57,890 nucleotides of DNA from an uncultured Christensenella sp. (lineage in GTDB: Bacteria; Bacillota; Clostridia; Christensenellales; Borkfalkiaceae): positions 1 to 57,890 of the forward strand of contig CAZNWP010000001.1 of the NCBI GenBank assembly GCA_964576995.1, written 5' to 3'. Under the pieces are notes generated by a model that saw only the letters and a list, made by a program, of their open reading frames with translations, was not told the DNA's origin and did no database searches. Each line of letters starts with the position of its first letter. Position 1 is the first letter of the stretch. Shown piece by piece: positions 1 through 8,974 of this stretch. The position numbers were made by a program, and so were the translations under genes.

Positions 1-2463
1 ATAATCTAAAAATTTCTTACCTTGTCCTTCACCCTGACTAATGTTAAAATATTCAATAACAATATTATAAACGTTTATGACGCTACTTTTTGTAAACTCA
101 AGCAATTTATTCCATTTTTCATTTTTTGATATGCCAATATTTGTTTGTGCTGGATTTGAAATTATATCTTGAATAGTAATATCTTCGACTTTCTCATAAT
201 TGATTTGTTTCTTTAATATTTTTTCATAAACAAGTGAGACCAACGACAGCTTTATATAGTTTGGTACATCATCATCTTTATAATCCTTTACTATAGATAT
301 AATTTCCTTCTTTCTTGATTCAAGCCAATTTGTAAGAATAAAAACAGCATTATATGCACCGTCAAAATCCCAACTTTTTTTGCCACCCAAATAAATCCAT
401 TGACCTATTGAACGTAAAACCGTATAGGTCTCCATACTGTCATCCAAACGAATTAAGCCATCTTCAGCACCTTTTTCTTGTCTTTCAAAGGATATCATTT
501 TTGACTTAAATCCAGATTCCCATATAGTTTTAATTCTATTTTTTGGAATACCGTATTGTTGCCAATTAATGGTATTGTAAATAAAATCACTTAATTCTTC
601 TTTTATTGCTCTTGGTTCTACAAAAACAGCTTTTTTATAGTACCAGTTATCTAACATGCTCTTAAATTTCTCAAAAGCCTTGTTCGTTTGTACAACAGGT
701 TTATCCGGTACATTTACTACTTCTGGTGAATCTATGTGTTCTACGCCCTCTACGCCTTCATCAATTGTATTTATTAATGAATTCCAAAGATCGCTAAAGC
801 CAAATTCAATAAATATATCCTTAGATATACCAGCGATTTTATTACCGACTTTTTTAAGTTCTCCATTACCCCAAAAACTTATTAATGCAATAGCTCTTTC
901 TTTATATTCTTCTCTATTTTCAATTTTTAAGGTATTTACTATTGCCGATATTCTTAACACTGCATCACCTAAATCAGGTTTATTCCTTTTTACTAAATAA
1001 GTAATAAACTTTGATTTATCTGTAATAAGTTCCACAATAGCAGGTTTGATAATTTCTAAAAGAATATATCTTGGAGTTTGGTGAACATTCATATAAGCAT
1101 ATAAATTTTCAATCGCTTTCTTTGTAAAAGGATACAAAGAAAGATTATTGCCACTGTATTGAACTGTTTCCCACGATGCTACATCTGGGACATGAACTGG
1201 AATTTGTGCCTCATCTGCACCGGTGTTAACATACCATTCTTTGAAATCTTTTTCCAAGAGAGATACTGCGTTCAAATATTTTGCAAAAAACAAAAATAAG
1301 TCATTTTTATTTTGCCCTAAACTACCGTCTTCAATAGTTATTTGAGCCGTAATTCTATCTTTATAATTATCTCTAAACGTATCATAATATTGTTTAGTTG
1401 CACCTACAACAGAGACAAGCTTACAAAGTTTATCTGATGCATTAAGACCTGTGTGCTCAGTTACCAAAACATTGAGTAAAGCCTGGTTGACACCAGTAAA
1501 AGACGTTATATCTTCAATTAACAGGATAAGATTTTTCCCTTGCTTATATAACTCTTGTCTTATTTCCTTAAAGATTTGTTGAAAATCCCCTGGTTCGATG
1601 CCTGCGCAACTTTGAATAACGTCGTCAACTTTAGAATTCATAAAATTAACAATTTTACTCAAAAGTTCATCATCGCAATCATCTGATACAAGCTTCTTCG
1701 CCATACTTACAGCACTACTATCTGCCGTATCTTTCATCTGATCAAAGAAATCTGTCGTAATTATAAAGTCTTCTTTCTTAAATTCGGCTATTATATCTAT
1801 GTTGGATACATTTGATGCTGAAATCTTGCTAAATATTCTTTCAATAGGACCATCTGGTTTCATCATTTCTGATTTGAATAAATCATTATTAAGTAATGCA
1901 ACCAGCCTTTTCTTTGCTAAAGATGTTAAAAATTCATCATCGCTTACGTTTATTTCTACGATAAACTTTGCAAAGATTTCCTCTTTAAATTTTACATCGC
2001 TAATAGTGGTATTTGCTTTAACAAGCCTTTCGTAAATATCTCTATTTTTTAAATTTTTTACAGCCTCAATTCCAAGAAGTTGTTTTATCGTTCCCTTTAG
2101 TGTATTGTCACTTCTATTAATTAGTAAAACTTCGTCTTCACCATTATTGAACTTTTTTGCCAATAAATTAGTATACACCCATCTAATAAAGTGCGATTTA
2201 CCAGAACCACTAGAACCATTTACAATAATCAGCTGATGTTTATCTCTAACAGCGTCATCTTCAAACAATTTATAGAAAACATCTGTTTCCGGAAGTATTT
2301 CCTTCTTTACAATATTTTCTTGGTTTTTATCAAGTAATACCCCACCTTGAAAAACTATTTTTTTAAAGGGAATATGCGTCGCCATGAAATCATATTCTTC
2401 ATTGTTAATTGAATCCACGTTAATTACTTGGTAGATTCTATTTTTCGCAATTTGTATATTCAT
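1..2463 (-). CDS. Large P-loop NTPase (>820 aa; C-terminus beyond window edge), last visible gene of the helicase operon
   Basis: Absent from the ORF track because it has no stop in the window. Hand translation from the ATG at 2463 (MNIQIAKNRIYQV...) stays open to position 1 (821 codons). Walker A GSSGSGKS at codons 83-90; Walker-B-like LILLIEDIT near codon 315. The start lies 1 nt after the upstream stop (TAAtATG). Confidence 0.75.
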   Translation of the reverse strand, partial: MNIQIAKNRIYQVINVDSINNEEYDFMATHIPFKKIVFQGGVLLDKNQENIVKKEILPETDVFYKLFEDDAVRDKHQLIIVNGSSGSGKSHFIRWVYTNLLAKKFNNGEDEVLLINRSDNTLKGTIKQLLGIEAVKNLKNRDIYERLVKANTTISDVKFKEEIFAKFIVEINVSDDEFLTSLAKKRLVALLNNDLFKSEMMKPDGPIERIFSKISASNVSNIDIIAEFKKEDFIITTDFFDQMKDTADSSAVSMAKKLVSDDCDDELLSKIVNFMNSKVDDVIQSCAGIEPGDFQQIFKEIRQELYKQGKNLILLIEDITSFTGVNQALLNVLVTEHTGLNASDKLCKLVSVVGATKQYYDTFRDNYKDRITAQITIEDGSLGQNKNDLFLFFAKYLNAVSLLEKDFKEWYVNTGADEAQIPVHVPDVASWETVQYSGNNLSLYPFTKKAIENLYAYMNVHQTPRYILLEIIKPAIVELITDKSKFITYLVKRNKPDLGDAVLRISAIVNTLKIENREEYKERAIALISFWGNGELKKVGNKIAGISKDIFIEFGFSDLWNSLINTIDEGVEGVEHIDSPEVVNVPDKPVVQTNKAFEKFKSMLDNWYYKKAVFVEPRAIKEELSDFIYNTINWQQYGIPKNRIKTIWESGFKSKMISFERQEKGAEDGLIRLDDSMETYTVLRSIGQWIYLGGKKSWDFDGAYNAVFILTNWLESRKKEIISIVKDYKDDDVPNYIKLSLVSLVYEKILKKQINYEKVEDITIQDIISNPAQTNIGISKNEKWNKLLEFTKSSVINVYNIVIEYFNISQGEGQGKKFLDY

Positions 2464-2464
2464 A

Positions 2465-3268
2465 TTACTTTATCCCCTTGTAAACGATATGAGTCACACT
2501 ATTACCAAAGTTATGTACGTCGGACTTAAACATACTCCAAGTTTCTTTACTATCGAGATTCTTCTTTAATTTAATTTCGCCCCTATCATGCATCATACGC
2601 AATGCATTTGAAAATGCGTAATTCAGGTTTAGAGTATTGCCCATCTTTTCAAATGCAACATTAGAAACTACTTGAATTATCGCAACAAATTCTCTTACTG
2701 AATATTCTCTTTTCTTTTCTAAGGAAGAACACTTAATAAAGTCTTTTAAGGCGATATACATATTAGGAAGGAAGTATATATATTGGTTTTCTTGAATGTA
2801 ACCTAACCCCAAGAATTCCAACCAAAATCTTATACCTCTCATCCTTTTAATATCTGCGTTATTATCTTTGCATTCTGTTTGAATTTCTAGAATAACGTTT
2901 GGAGCATTCACATTGCTATACTTCAAAAACTCATCTTGAGAGAATAAAAACGCCACAACCATTTTATAAAACAGGGATTCTCGATCCTTCCAAATAACTG
3001 AATTGCAATATAATCTAAAGCTATCAATTGAAGAAACAATTTTTTTGTCAGCGATATACTGCAACTTTTTATCTTCAGTTTCTTTAACCAATCCTAAATC
3101 AATGGCTGCAGATTTAACTTTACCATAATAAGACCTGTCCGTATTTAAAGCCGCCGGCTCTAAATAATCACGCAAGTCTTCATTCTTTACATCCTTGTTT
3201 GATAGTATCTTGCACATTTGAAATACTCTCTCAGGAAGTGCTTCTGGCATTATTCCATCCTTAAACAT
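2465..3268 (-). CDS. Hypothetical 267-aa protein, operon member, no motif recognised
   Basis: ORF track. 11-nt gap from the upstream helicase stop and 1-nt gap to the downstream NTPase start. Same AT-rich codon usage as its neighbours. Confidence 0.7.
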   Translation of the reverse strand: MFKDGIMPEALPERVFQMCKILSNKDVKNEDLRDYLEPAALNTDRSYYGKVKSAAIDLGLVKETEDKKLQYIADKKIVSSIDSFRLYCNSVIWKDRESLFYKMVVAFLFSQDEFLKYSNVNAPNVILEIQTECKDNNADIKRMRGIRFWLEFLGLGYIQENQYIYFLPNMYIALKDFIKCSSLEKKREYSVREFVAIIQVVSNVAFEKMGNTLNLNYAFSNALRMMHDRGEIKLKKNLDSKETWSMFKSDVHNFGNSVTHIVYKGIK

Positions 3269-3279
3269 AACATACTCCT

Positions 3280-5700
3280 TTAATTAAACATATAATCTTC
3301 GGTGTACGAAGATTCAACAATCTCGTAAAGCATTTTATTGAACGTCGGTATATAATAATTTTCTTTAGTAGCTAGTATAATCTTTATTGCACTTTTTGAA
3401 CGAATCCTATCAATCATCTGCAAAATTCGTATGATTTGACTTTCCTCATTAGGACACTCTATAAGAATTGTTTTTGACATGAAAAATTCATTTCCATTTA
3501 CAATCTTCCTAAATTCGTCCATACTAAAAACAATGCAGTCAGACAATTCTTGGCAAGTAAATTGGGGTTTTCTATCATCCTCTACAACTAACGTTTTTAA
3601 ACCTTTATCCATTAGTTTACTTTCAAGTGAATCAAAATCATTTGTCCTTATAATCAGTAGACTTGTATCTATATCATACTTATCGTTCAAATCATACTTT
3701 AACGAATTTGAACTAACTAATGGAAGACCATTATATGCTCCTTTTACAATATGGTCGGTATGCGAATTACACCCACTGCAATATTCATACGGTATGAGTG
3801 AATACTGCTCAATAAGTATATCGCTAACACATTGTGTATTGCTTTTGGATAGGAACTTTATCATATCCTTGTATGCTTTTTCGGTATCTGACCATTCATG
3901 TTCACGATACAAGGTAATAGTATCTATTATAGCTTGATTTTCCTTAAATAGGTTTTTATCTTTCAATCTAACTAATATATGATAATTGTTTTCGAAATAC
4001 TCAACCGCTTCTATTTCTATTAAATTATGCCTTTTCATAAACAACAAAACATACACGTTCCAATCTATGTCCCTTGAATTTAGGTTCGTTATAAGTTCAT
4101 CTTGTTCATTGTAATTAGGCTTAATTGAAGTGTCTAAGGTAACAGTGCCCTCCCCGTGTTTTTTTGATGTAACACCGTTTAACATACTGAACCATCTACC
4201 TTTAATCTTATCAGTTGTTAAAACTTTTCTTCTAATAAAACTGAATGCGCCAGTTTCATCTTCTTTAACATATAAAATAACACTCAATGATGAATTCCCA
4301 TCTCTACCACCTCTACCAGCCTCTTGATAGTATTTGTTAATATTATCTGGCATATATAAATGAAGAACGGTTCTTACATCTTTTTTATCTACACCTACGC
4401 CAAAAGCACAGGTTGCTATCATAATTTGGAAATCGTTATTTTTCCATTTTTGGATTAATAACTCCCTATCTTTTGACGACGTTTCACCTGTAAAAATATT
4501 GGTATTAAAAATTCCTTGAGTTTCAAGCATTTCCTTAACTCTTTTTGCCTCATCTGGCCTATCGACATAAACGATCATCGGATGAGGAAGTAGTTTGATT
4601 AATTGAATTGTTTTTTCATCCTTATCGAAGAACGAATTAGCTTTAATAAAGTTATATCTAATCTCCCTACGCAAAGAATCGCATCTTAATTCTATCCAAT
4701 TATCATTAACTGAATAAAATTCTTTAAGAAGTCTAGCATTATTTTGATTGAATGTTGCAGAAAGTAAGAATGTTCTCAACTTGTCATTCTCGGAATAGAG
4801 ATTTCTTATCAGCACGTCAACGCACTGAAAATCCAATCTAAAAGAATCGCCCCATTCAAATATAACGTGCGCTTCATCAACAATTATATTTTTTAACCAT
4901 CCTTCAGCATTAAGTTGTTTAACAACGCTCTCTAAAGATTTATTTTTTATTAATGCCTCTGGAGATAGAAATAATAACTTGATTTTTTTTGTTAATAAGC
5001 CTTTCTTAATTTTTGCGAAATCTGTGCTTGAATTATAAATTTCAATTTCGTCTTTGTGCTGAGAAATTATTTCACGTGCATTTTCAGCTTGGTCAATCAT
5101 TAACGAAACAGTGGGAACAATAACAATGGTTAATCCCGATTCTTGAAAGGCCACCGTTTGAGTAATTAAACTCTTCCCCCCACCTGTAGACATTGATACC
5201 AATACACTGCTACCAGCCGGAGCACGCAAAGAACCCATAACACACAACTTTTGTTCTTCCGACTTAAAACTGCTAAACCCCGTTAAACTTTTTATATAAG
5301 CATTTGTAGATAAATAACAGTTTTTTTCTACGTGATGAGGAACAGGTTCCGCCGTAGCTGCCTTCATAGCAAAATTAGATATTACATAATTAGGATATGA
5401 TTGTAATACCCATAAACCATCGTTTCCAGTATGTAATCCTATTGATTTGCCGAACTCCGACAATTGATAGTCAATATTAAAAGTTTCTTTTGTAAGCATC
5501 AAATAATCTCTTAAAGCTATTTCAAAATCACATGTAAACTTCTTGTTTGTTTTGACCAAAAACCATGATTTAATCAACCTAATTGCCGAATTTTTTTCGA
5601 CTTCTAGGCAACTTAAATTCTTAACTTTTTCAATACAAACACTTAAAGGATTACCGCTTTTTAAAATGTCTTCGATTTGTTTTGTTATTTTACTGCTCAT
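3280..5700 (-). CDS. RecQ-like SF2 (DEAH-box) helicase with unrelated N- and C-terminal extensions
   Basis: Motif I STGGGKS, motif II IVDEAH, motif III LSAT, motif VI QEAGRGGRDG (RecQ-type QxxGRxGRDG). About 160 aa N-terminal and about 300 aa C-terminal (contains CSGC) are without recognisable motifs. Start overlaps the SNF2 gene stop by 11 nt. Confidence 0.85.
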   Translation of the reverse strand: MSSKITKQIEDILKSGNPLSVCIEKVKNLSCLEVEKNSAIRLIKSWFLVKTNKKFTCDFEIALRDYLMLTKETFNIDYQLSEFGKSIGLHTGNDGLWVLQSYPNYVISNFAMKAATAEPVPHHVEKNCYLSTNAYIKSLTGFSSFKSEEQKLCVMGSLRAPAGSSVLVSMSTGGGKSLITQTVAFQESGLTIVIVPTVSLMIDQAENAREIISQHKDEIEIYNSSTDFAKIKKGLLTKKIKLLFLSPEALIKNKSLESVVKQLNAEGWLKNIIVDEAHVIFEWGDSFRLDFQCVDVLIRNLYSENDKLRTFLLSATFNQNNARLLKEFYSVNDNWIELRCDSLRREIRYNFIKANSFFDKDEKTIQLIKLLPHPMIVYVDRPDEAKRVKEMLETQGIFNTNIFTGETSSKDRELLIQKWKNNDFQIMIATCAFGVGVDKKDVRTVLHLYMPDNINKYYQEAGRGGRDGNSSLSVILYVKEDETGAFSFIRRKVLTTDKIKGRWFSMLNGVTSKKHGEGTVTLDTSIKPNYNEQDELITNLNSRDIDWNVYVLLFMKRHNLIEIEAVEYFENNYHILVRLKDKNLFKENQAIIDTITLYREHEWSDTEKAYKDMIKFLSKSNTQCVSDILIEQYSLIPYEYCSGCNSHTDHIVKGAYNGLPLVSSNSLKYDLNDKYDIDTSLLIIRTNDFDSLESKLMDKGLKTLVVEDDRKPQFTCQELSDCIVFSMDEFRKIVNGNEFFMSKTILIECPNEESQIIRILQMIDRIRSKSAIKIILATKENYYIPTFNKMLYEIVESSYTEDYMFN

Positions 5701-8700
5701 TTCTCATCACCACATAGCACACTGAATCAAGTGTTATGCTAGCATTTGCTATCATTTTGTAAATTATTTCATTTTGCTTTTTTTGTGTTTCTATATCTTC
5801 ATTTTTATCGAAGAAAATTGCAGAAGCCTTTTGCGCACTTAATGTGGAAACTAGTTCATTATACAATGCGTTCAAAAGCGCCTTCTTTTTTGTTTCCGAC
5901 TTTTCTATTGCTTTTCCTCTTGCCTGCTTATGAGCCATGTCAACCAATGGATACCATTTTGCTTTTGGTGGATACTCCCTGATGAAATTAGCTATCGGTG
6001 GATTAGCACCATCTCTCTTACCCAGATGTTTAATTGAAGCTCCTTTTGGATTTTGAACGATAGAAACAAACTCAGATACAACCTTACTTTCTTCTATTTC
6101 CGAATCTGAATCATCAAACACTGTAATGATCTGTTCTGAAGGAAGGTAACCCTTATACTGATTGATTAAATGTTCACTAAGTTTATTAGCATAAATTATT
6201 TTATCATCTACTTCGAGCTTCCACGTAAAAACAAAACCTTTCCAATTGATATTTGACTTACACGAAAAACAACAACAAGTTCCTTTATATGAACCTAAAG
6301 CATTTTCTGTTATAGAATCAAAAATATCATCCCCTGGTGCAAAGAAATTTAAGTAGTCATTTTGAAGAGCTTTATTTCTATTAAATGTTCCTCTAATATA
6401 GGAATTATCTCCATGGATTATTCTTTCGTTATTAAGAATACGAACTCTGTTTCTCAATTGATTCAACTTGTTCTCAATGATAGCCTTCATATCAGGTGGC
6501 ATAAACAAGGTGTTAACTAATGACTGCCATACTATTGAATCCTTAGAGAAGGCTACAACATTCTCTCCGTCTTCCTTACCATGAAAGCCAGCTAAACCTG
6601 CCCAACTCATCATTGCTTCACCAAAAAGATTTGTTTCATTTTTGGTGTATTTTTCAACCGTCTCATCAAGCATTTTATTAATTGCTTTAAATTGATAAGC
6701 TGCTATATCATAGACTTGTTCTTTTTTAAGAGTATCAAGCTGCTGTTTAATTAAATCCGCAAGTTCATTATTGGCTTGAACTAACCCAAACTTAAAAGAT
6801 TGTTTCAAACAATTAATAAGAGCATCTTCAATATCTCCCATAATAATTTCCAATCCGCTTTGAGCTTTTGTAAATAAATTTAATCCATTATTCCAGAGTT
6901 CAAAAAGATTTTCTTCTACAGTTTCTTTCCCATATGCAACTACCGATACAACGTCTTTTGAAGAATCTCTACCAATACGGTCTAATCTACCGATACGTTG
7001 TTCTATATCATTTGCATTCCAAGGAATATCAATATGAATCAAATAATCTACATGCTGAAAGTTACGTCCCTCACCACCAGACGCATCAGACAACAATATT
7101 CTTCTATGTTCTTCCGTTTGAAATCTATACGCATTTAATTCAAGGTCATCCGTATTCATTTCCTTGCTAAAGAAACAACACTTGTCTACACCAAACACCT
7201 TTATTAAAATTTCCTTGTACAAATCAAACGTTTCTTTAAAATCAGTGAAAAGAATAACTTTCCCTTCGTCGACTGACGATTTTATAAAATCAAGTATATT
7301 ACAAAGCTTTGTACCTTGTTTGAGCGCATTAAGTTCGTCCAAGAGATTACGCTCGTACATTGCATATCTATTTGCTACTGATTTTAGTTCATAAGGAATA
7401 TTAGTTTTTTCTTCCAACTTTGCTAATTGCGCATTGAATGCCTGCGCCGAGCTAAATAGCGAATGTACAACTGGAATTATATCAGTATAATAGTCTAATT
7501 CTCCGCCATATACATTTTCTAACCATTCAGCGAAAGCCGTATATGCATTCCACTCGTCAATATTATCATCGCAATCTGCTTCATAAGATAAATCAATAAG
7601 CTTTCTTTCTACGCCTTTAGTATCCTCACTCGAATTTACTTTTTGTCTTCTATTTCGAATAATTGACTTTTCTAATTGGAAATTTTCACAAACGTATGCA
7701 ATTATATTTTGAAATTCCGATATACCACACTCTTCCGCATCGTAGTTTATATTTTTCAAAAGCGTATTGAATCTATCATCTTGTATTAATTTTGACACAT
7801 CAGAAAGTTCTTCAAATACTGCCTCAAATATTTCCTCTGTTTCTTCATTCTTTTCATTGTTTGAATCCACAAGAGCTTCATTTAATGCACCAAGTTCGTC
7901 AAGCGCATTAAATATTTTTCTTATAATCTTATTTTGCTGCTCTAATAAAACCTGGAATCGTTCCTTTCCCATTTTTTCGTATTTTTCAGGTTGTATTAGG
8001 CATAACAAACGCAAGAACTCATCGTCGCGCTTTTGTAACGGGGTTGCACTTAACATTAAAATGTTATCGCACTGCTTGCTAATTTGAAGCACTCTTTGAT
8101 ATGATATTCTATCTTTTAGACATCTATGTACCTCATCAAAGATAACGAAATCATACGAATTGAACAAACACGATTCGATATTTGACATAGGCACCAAGTC
8201 AATAATATTTGAATTTATATTTTCTCCTTCAAACAATTTAAACTTGAATGCTAATTCGTTTTTCCATTGCTCAACAAGAGCATCCGGAACCGCAATTAAA
8301 ATCTTTTTATTTTTATTATCTTTTACATAAATTTTTAATATCGATAGTGCTTCTACTGTTTTACCAAGACCTACTTCATCGGCTAACATATACCTGCATT
8401 TTGGAGCCTGCAAGCATCTCATTACGGTTTTAAGTTGGTGAGGTTTCAAAAATATTTTACAACCAGCTAATACCTTAAAGCCATACAATGAATTTTCGAT
8501 ATAATTCATTGTCTTACTTACAACACATCTCCCTGTAAACCATCTTGGATTCTGAAACTCATAGGTTTTAAGTTGAAGCAATGGTCCTATAATAAAATCA
8601 TTATACGAAACCATTAACTCAGACTCGCACACATAAGAAATAGAGCCATCTTCATCTTTTACATAATAATAACGAAATTCATCATTTTTATTAAGGTCGC

Positions 8701-8962
8701 CAGCACATACTACAACTTTCCTTCTTTTATATGTAGCAAGTGCTCCTTTTTTCACCTTACAATGTACGAGCCTAGACATTTCTATTTCTATATCTTTAGG
8801 TTTCTCATGATACACAGAAACACCATTAGTATCCATAAAGATAACCTTCGCTTTTTCGGAAATCTCATCTATAGCTTCAATTTTCCCCATAGCAAAAGAA
8901 CGAGGGAATCTCATATTTTCCTCATCCACTGGACATCTAACTAGCATTCCTACTTTTATCAT
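5690..8962 (-). CDS. SNF2-family ATPase, RapA/HepA-like
   Basis: LKPHQL...RYMLADEVGLGKTVEA (closely parallels E. coli RapA LIPHQL...LLADEVGLGKTIEA), DEVH box (VIFDEVHR), LSATP, C-lobe GGEGRNFQ and QRIGRLDRIGR. About 170 aa N-terminal beta-rich region in the position of the RapA Tudor-like domains. Confidence 0.88.
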   Translation of the reverse strand: MIKVGMLVRCPVDEENMRFPRSFAMGKIEAIDEISEKAKVIFMDTNGVSVYHEKPKDIEIEMSRLVHCKVKKGALATYKRRKVVVCAGDLNKNDEFRYYYVKDEDGSISYVCESELMVSYNDFIIGPLLQLKTYEFQNPRWFTGRCVVSKTMNYIENSLYGFKVLAGCKIFLKPHQLKTVMRCLQAPKCRYMLADEVGLGKTVEALSILKIYVKDNKNKKILIAVPDALVEQWKNELAFKFKLFEGENINSNIIDLVPMSNIESCLFNSYDFVIFDEVHRCLKDRISYQRVLQISKQCDNILMLSATPLQKRDDEFLRLLCLIQPEKYEKMGKERFQVLLEQQNKIIRKIFNALDELGALNEALVDSNNEKNEETEEIFEAVFEELSDVSKLIQDDRFNTLLKNINYDAEECGISEFQNIIAYVCENFQLEKSIIRNRRQKVNSSEDTKGVERKLIDLSYEADCDDNIDEWNAYTAFAEWLENVYGGELDYYTDIIPVVHSLFSSAQAFNAQLAKLEEKTNIPYELKSVANRYAMYERNLLDELNALKQGTKLCNILDFIKSSVDEGKVILFTDFKETFDLYKEILIKVFGVDKCCFFSKEMNTDDLELNAYRFQTEEHRRILLSDASGGEGRNFQHVDYLIHIDIPWNANDIEQRIGRLDRIGRDSSKDVVSVVAYGKETVEENLFELWNNGLNLFTKAQSGLEIIMGDIEDALINCLKQSFKFGLVQANNELADLIKQQLDTLKKEQVYDIAAYQFKAINKMLDETVEKYTKNETNLFGEAMMSWAGLAGFHGKEDGENVVAFSKDSIVWQSLVNTLFMPPDMKAIIENKLNQLRNRVRILNNERIIHGDNSYIRGTFNRNKALQNDYLNFFAPGDDIFDSITENALGSYKGTCCCFSCKSNINWKGFVFTWKLEVDDKIIYANKLSEHLINQYKGYLPSEQIITVFDDSDSEIEESKVVSEFVSIVQNPKGASIKHLGKRDGANPPIANFIREYPPKAKWYPLVDMAHKQARGKAIEKSETKKKALLNALYNELVSTLSAQKASAIFFDKNEDIETQKKQNEIIYKMIANASITLDSVCYVVMRNEQ

Positions 8963-8974
8963 GACTGTACTTCC

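Noticed and set aside
3479-8944. Plus-strand ORFs of 60-152 aa inside the island helicase genes (e.g. 3479-3937, 4130-4327, 7767-8087, 8762-8944; similar ones lie at 656-1000 and 1799-2035).
   Set aside because: All lie antisense within long, motif-bearing minus-strand genes. Their low-complexity S/F/L/I-rich products are typical of AT-rich shadow frames, and they have no RBS.
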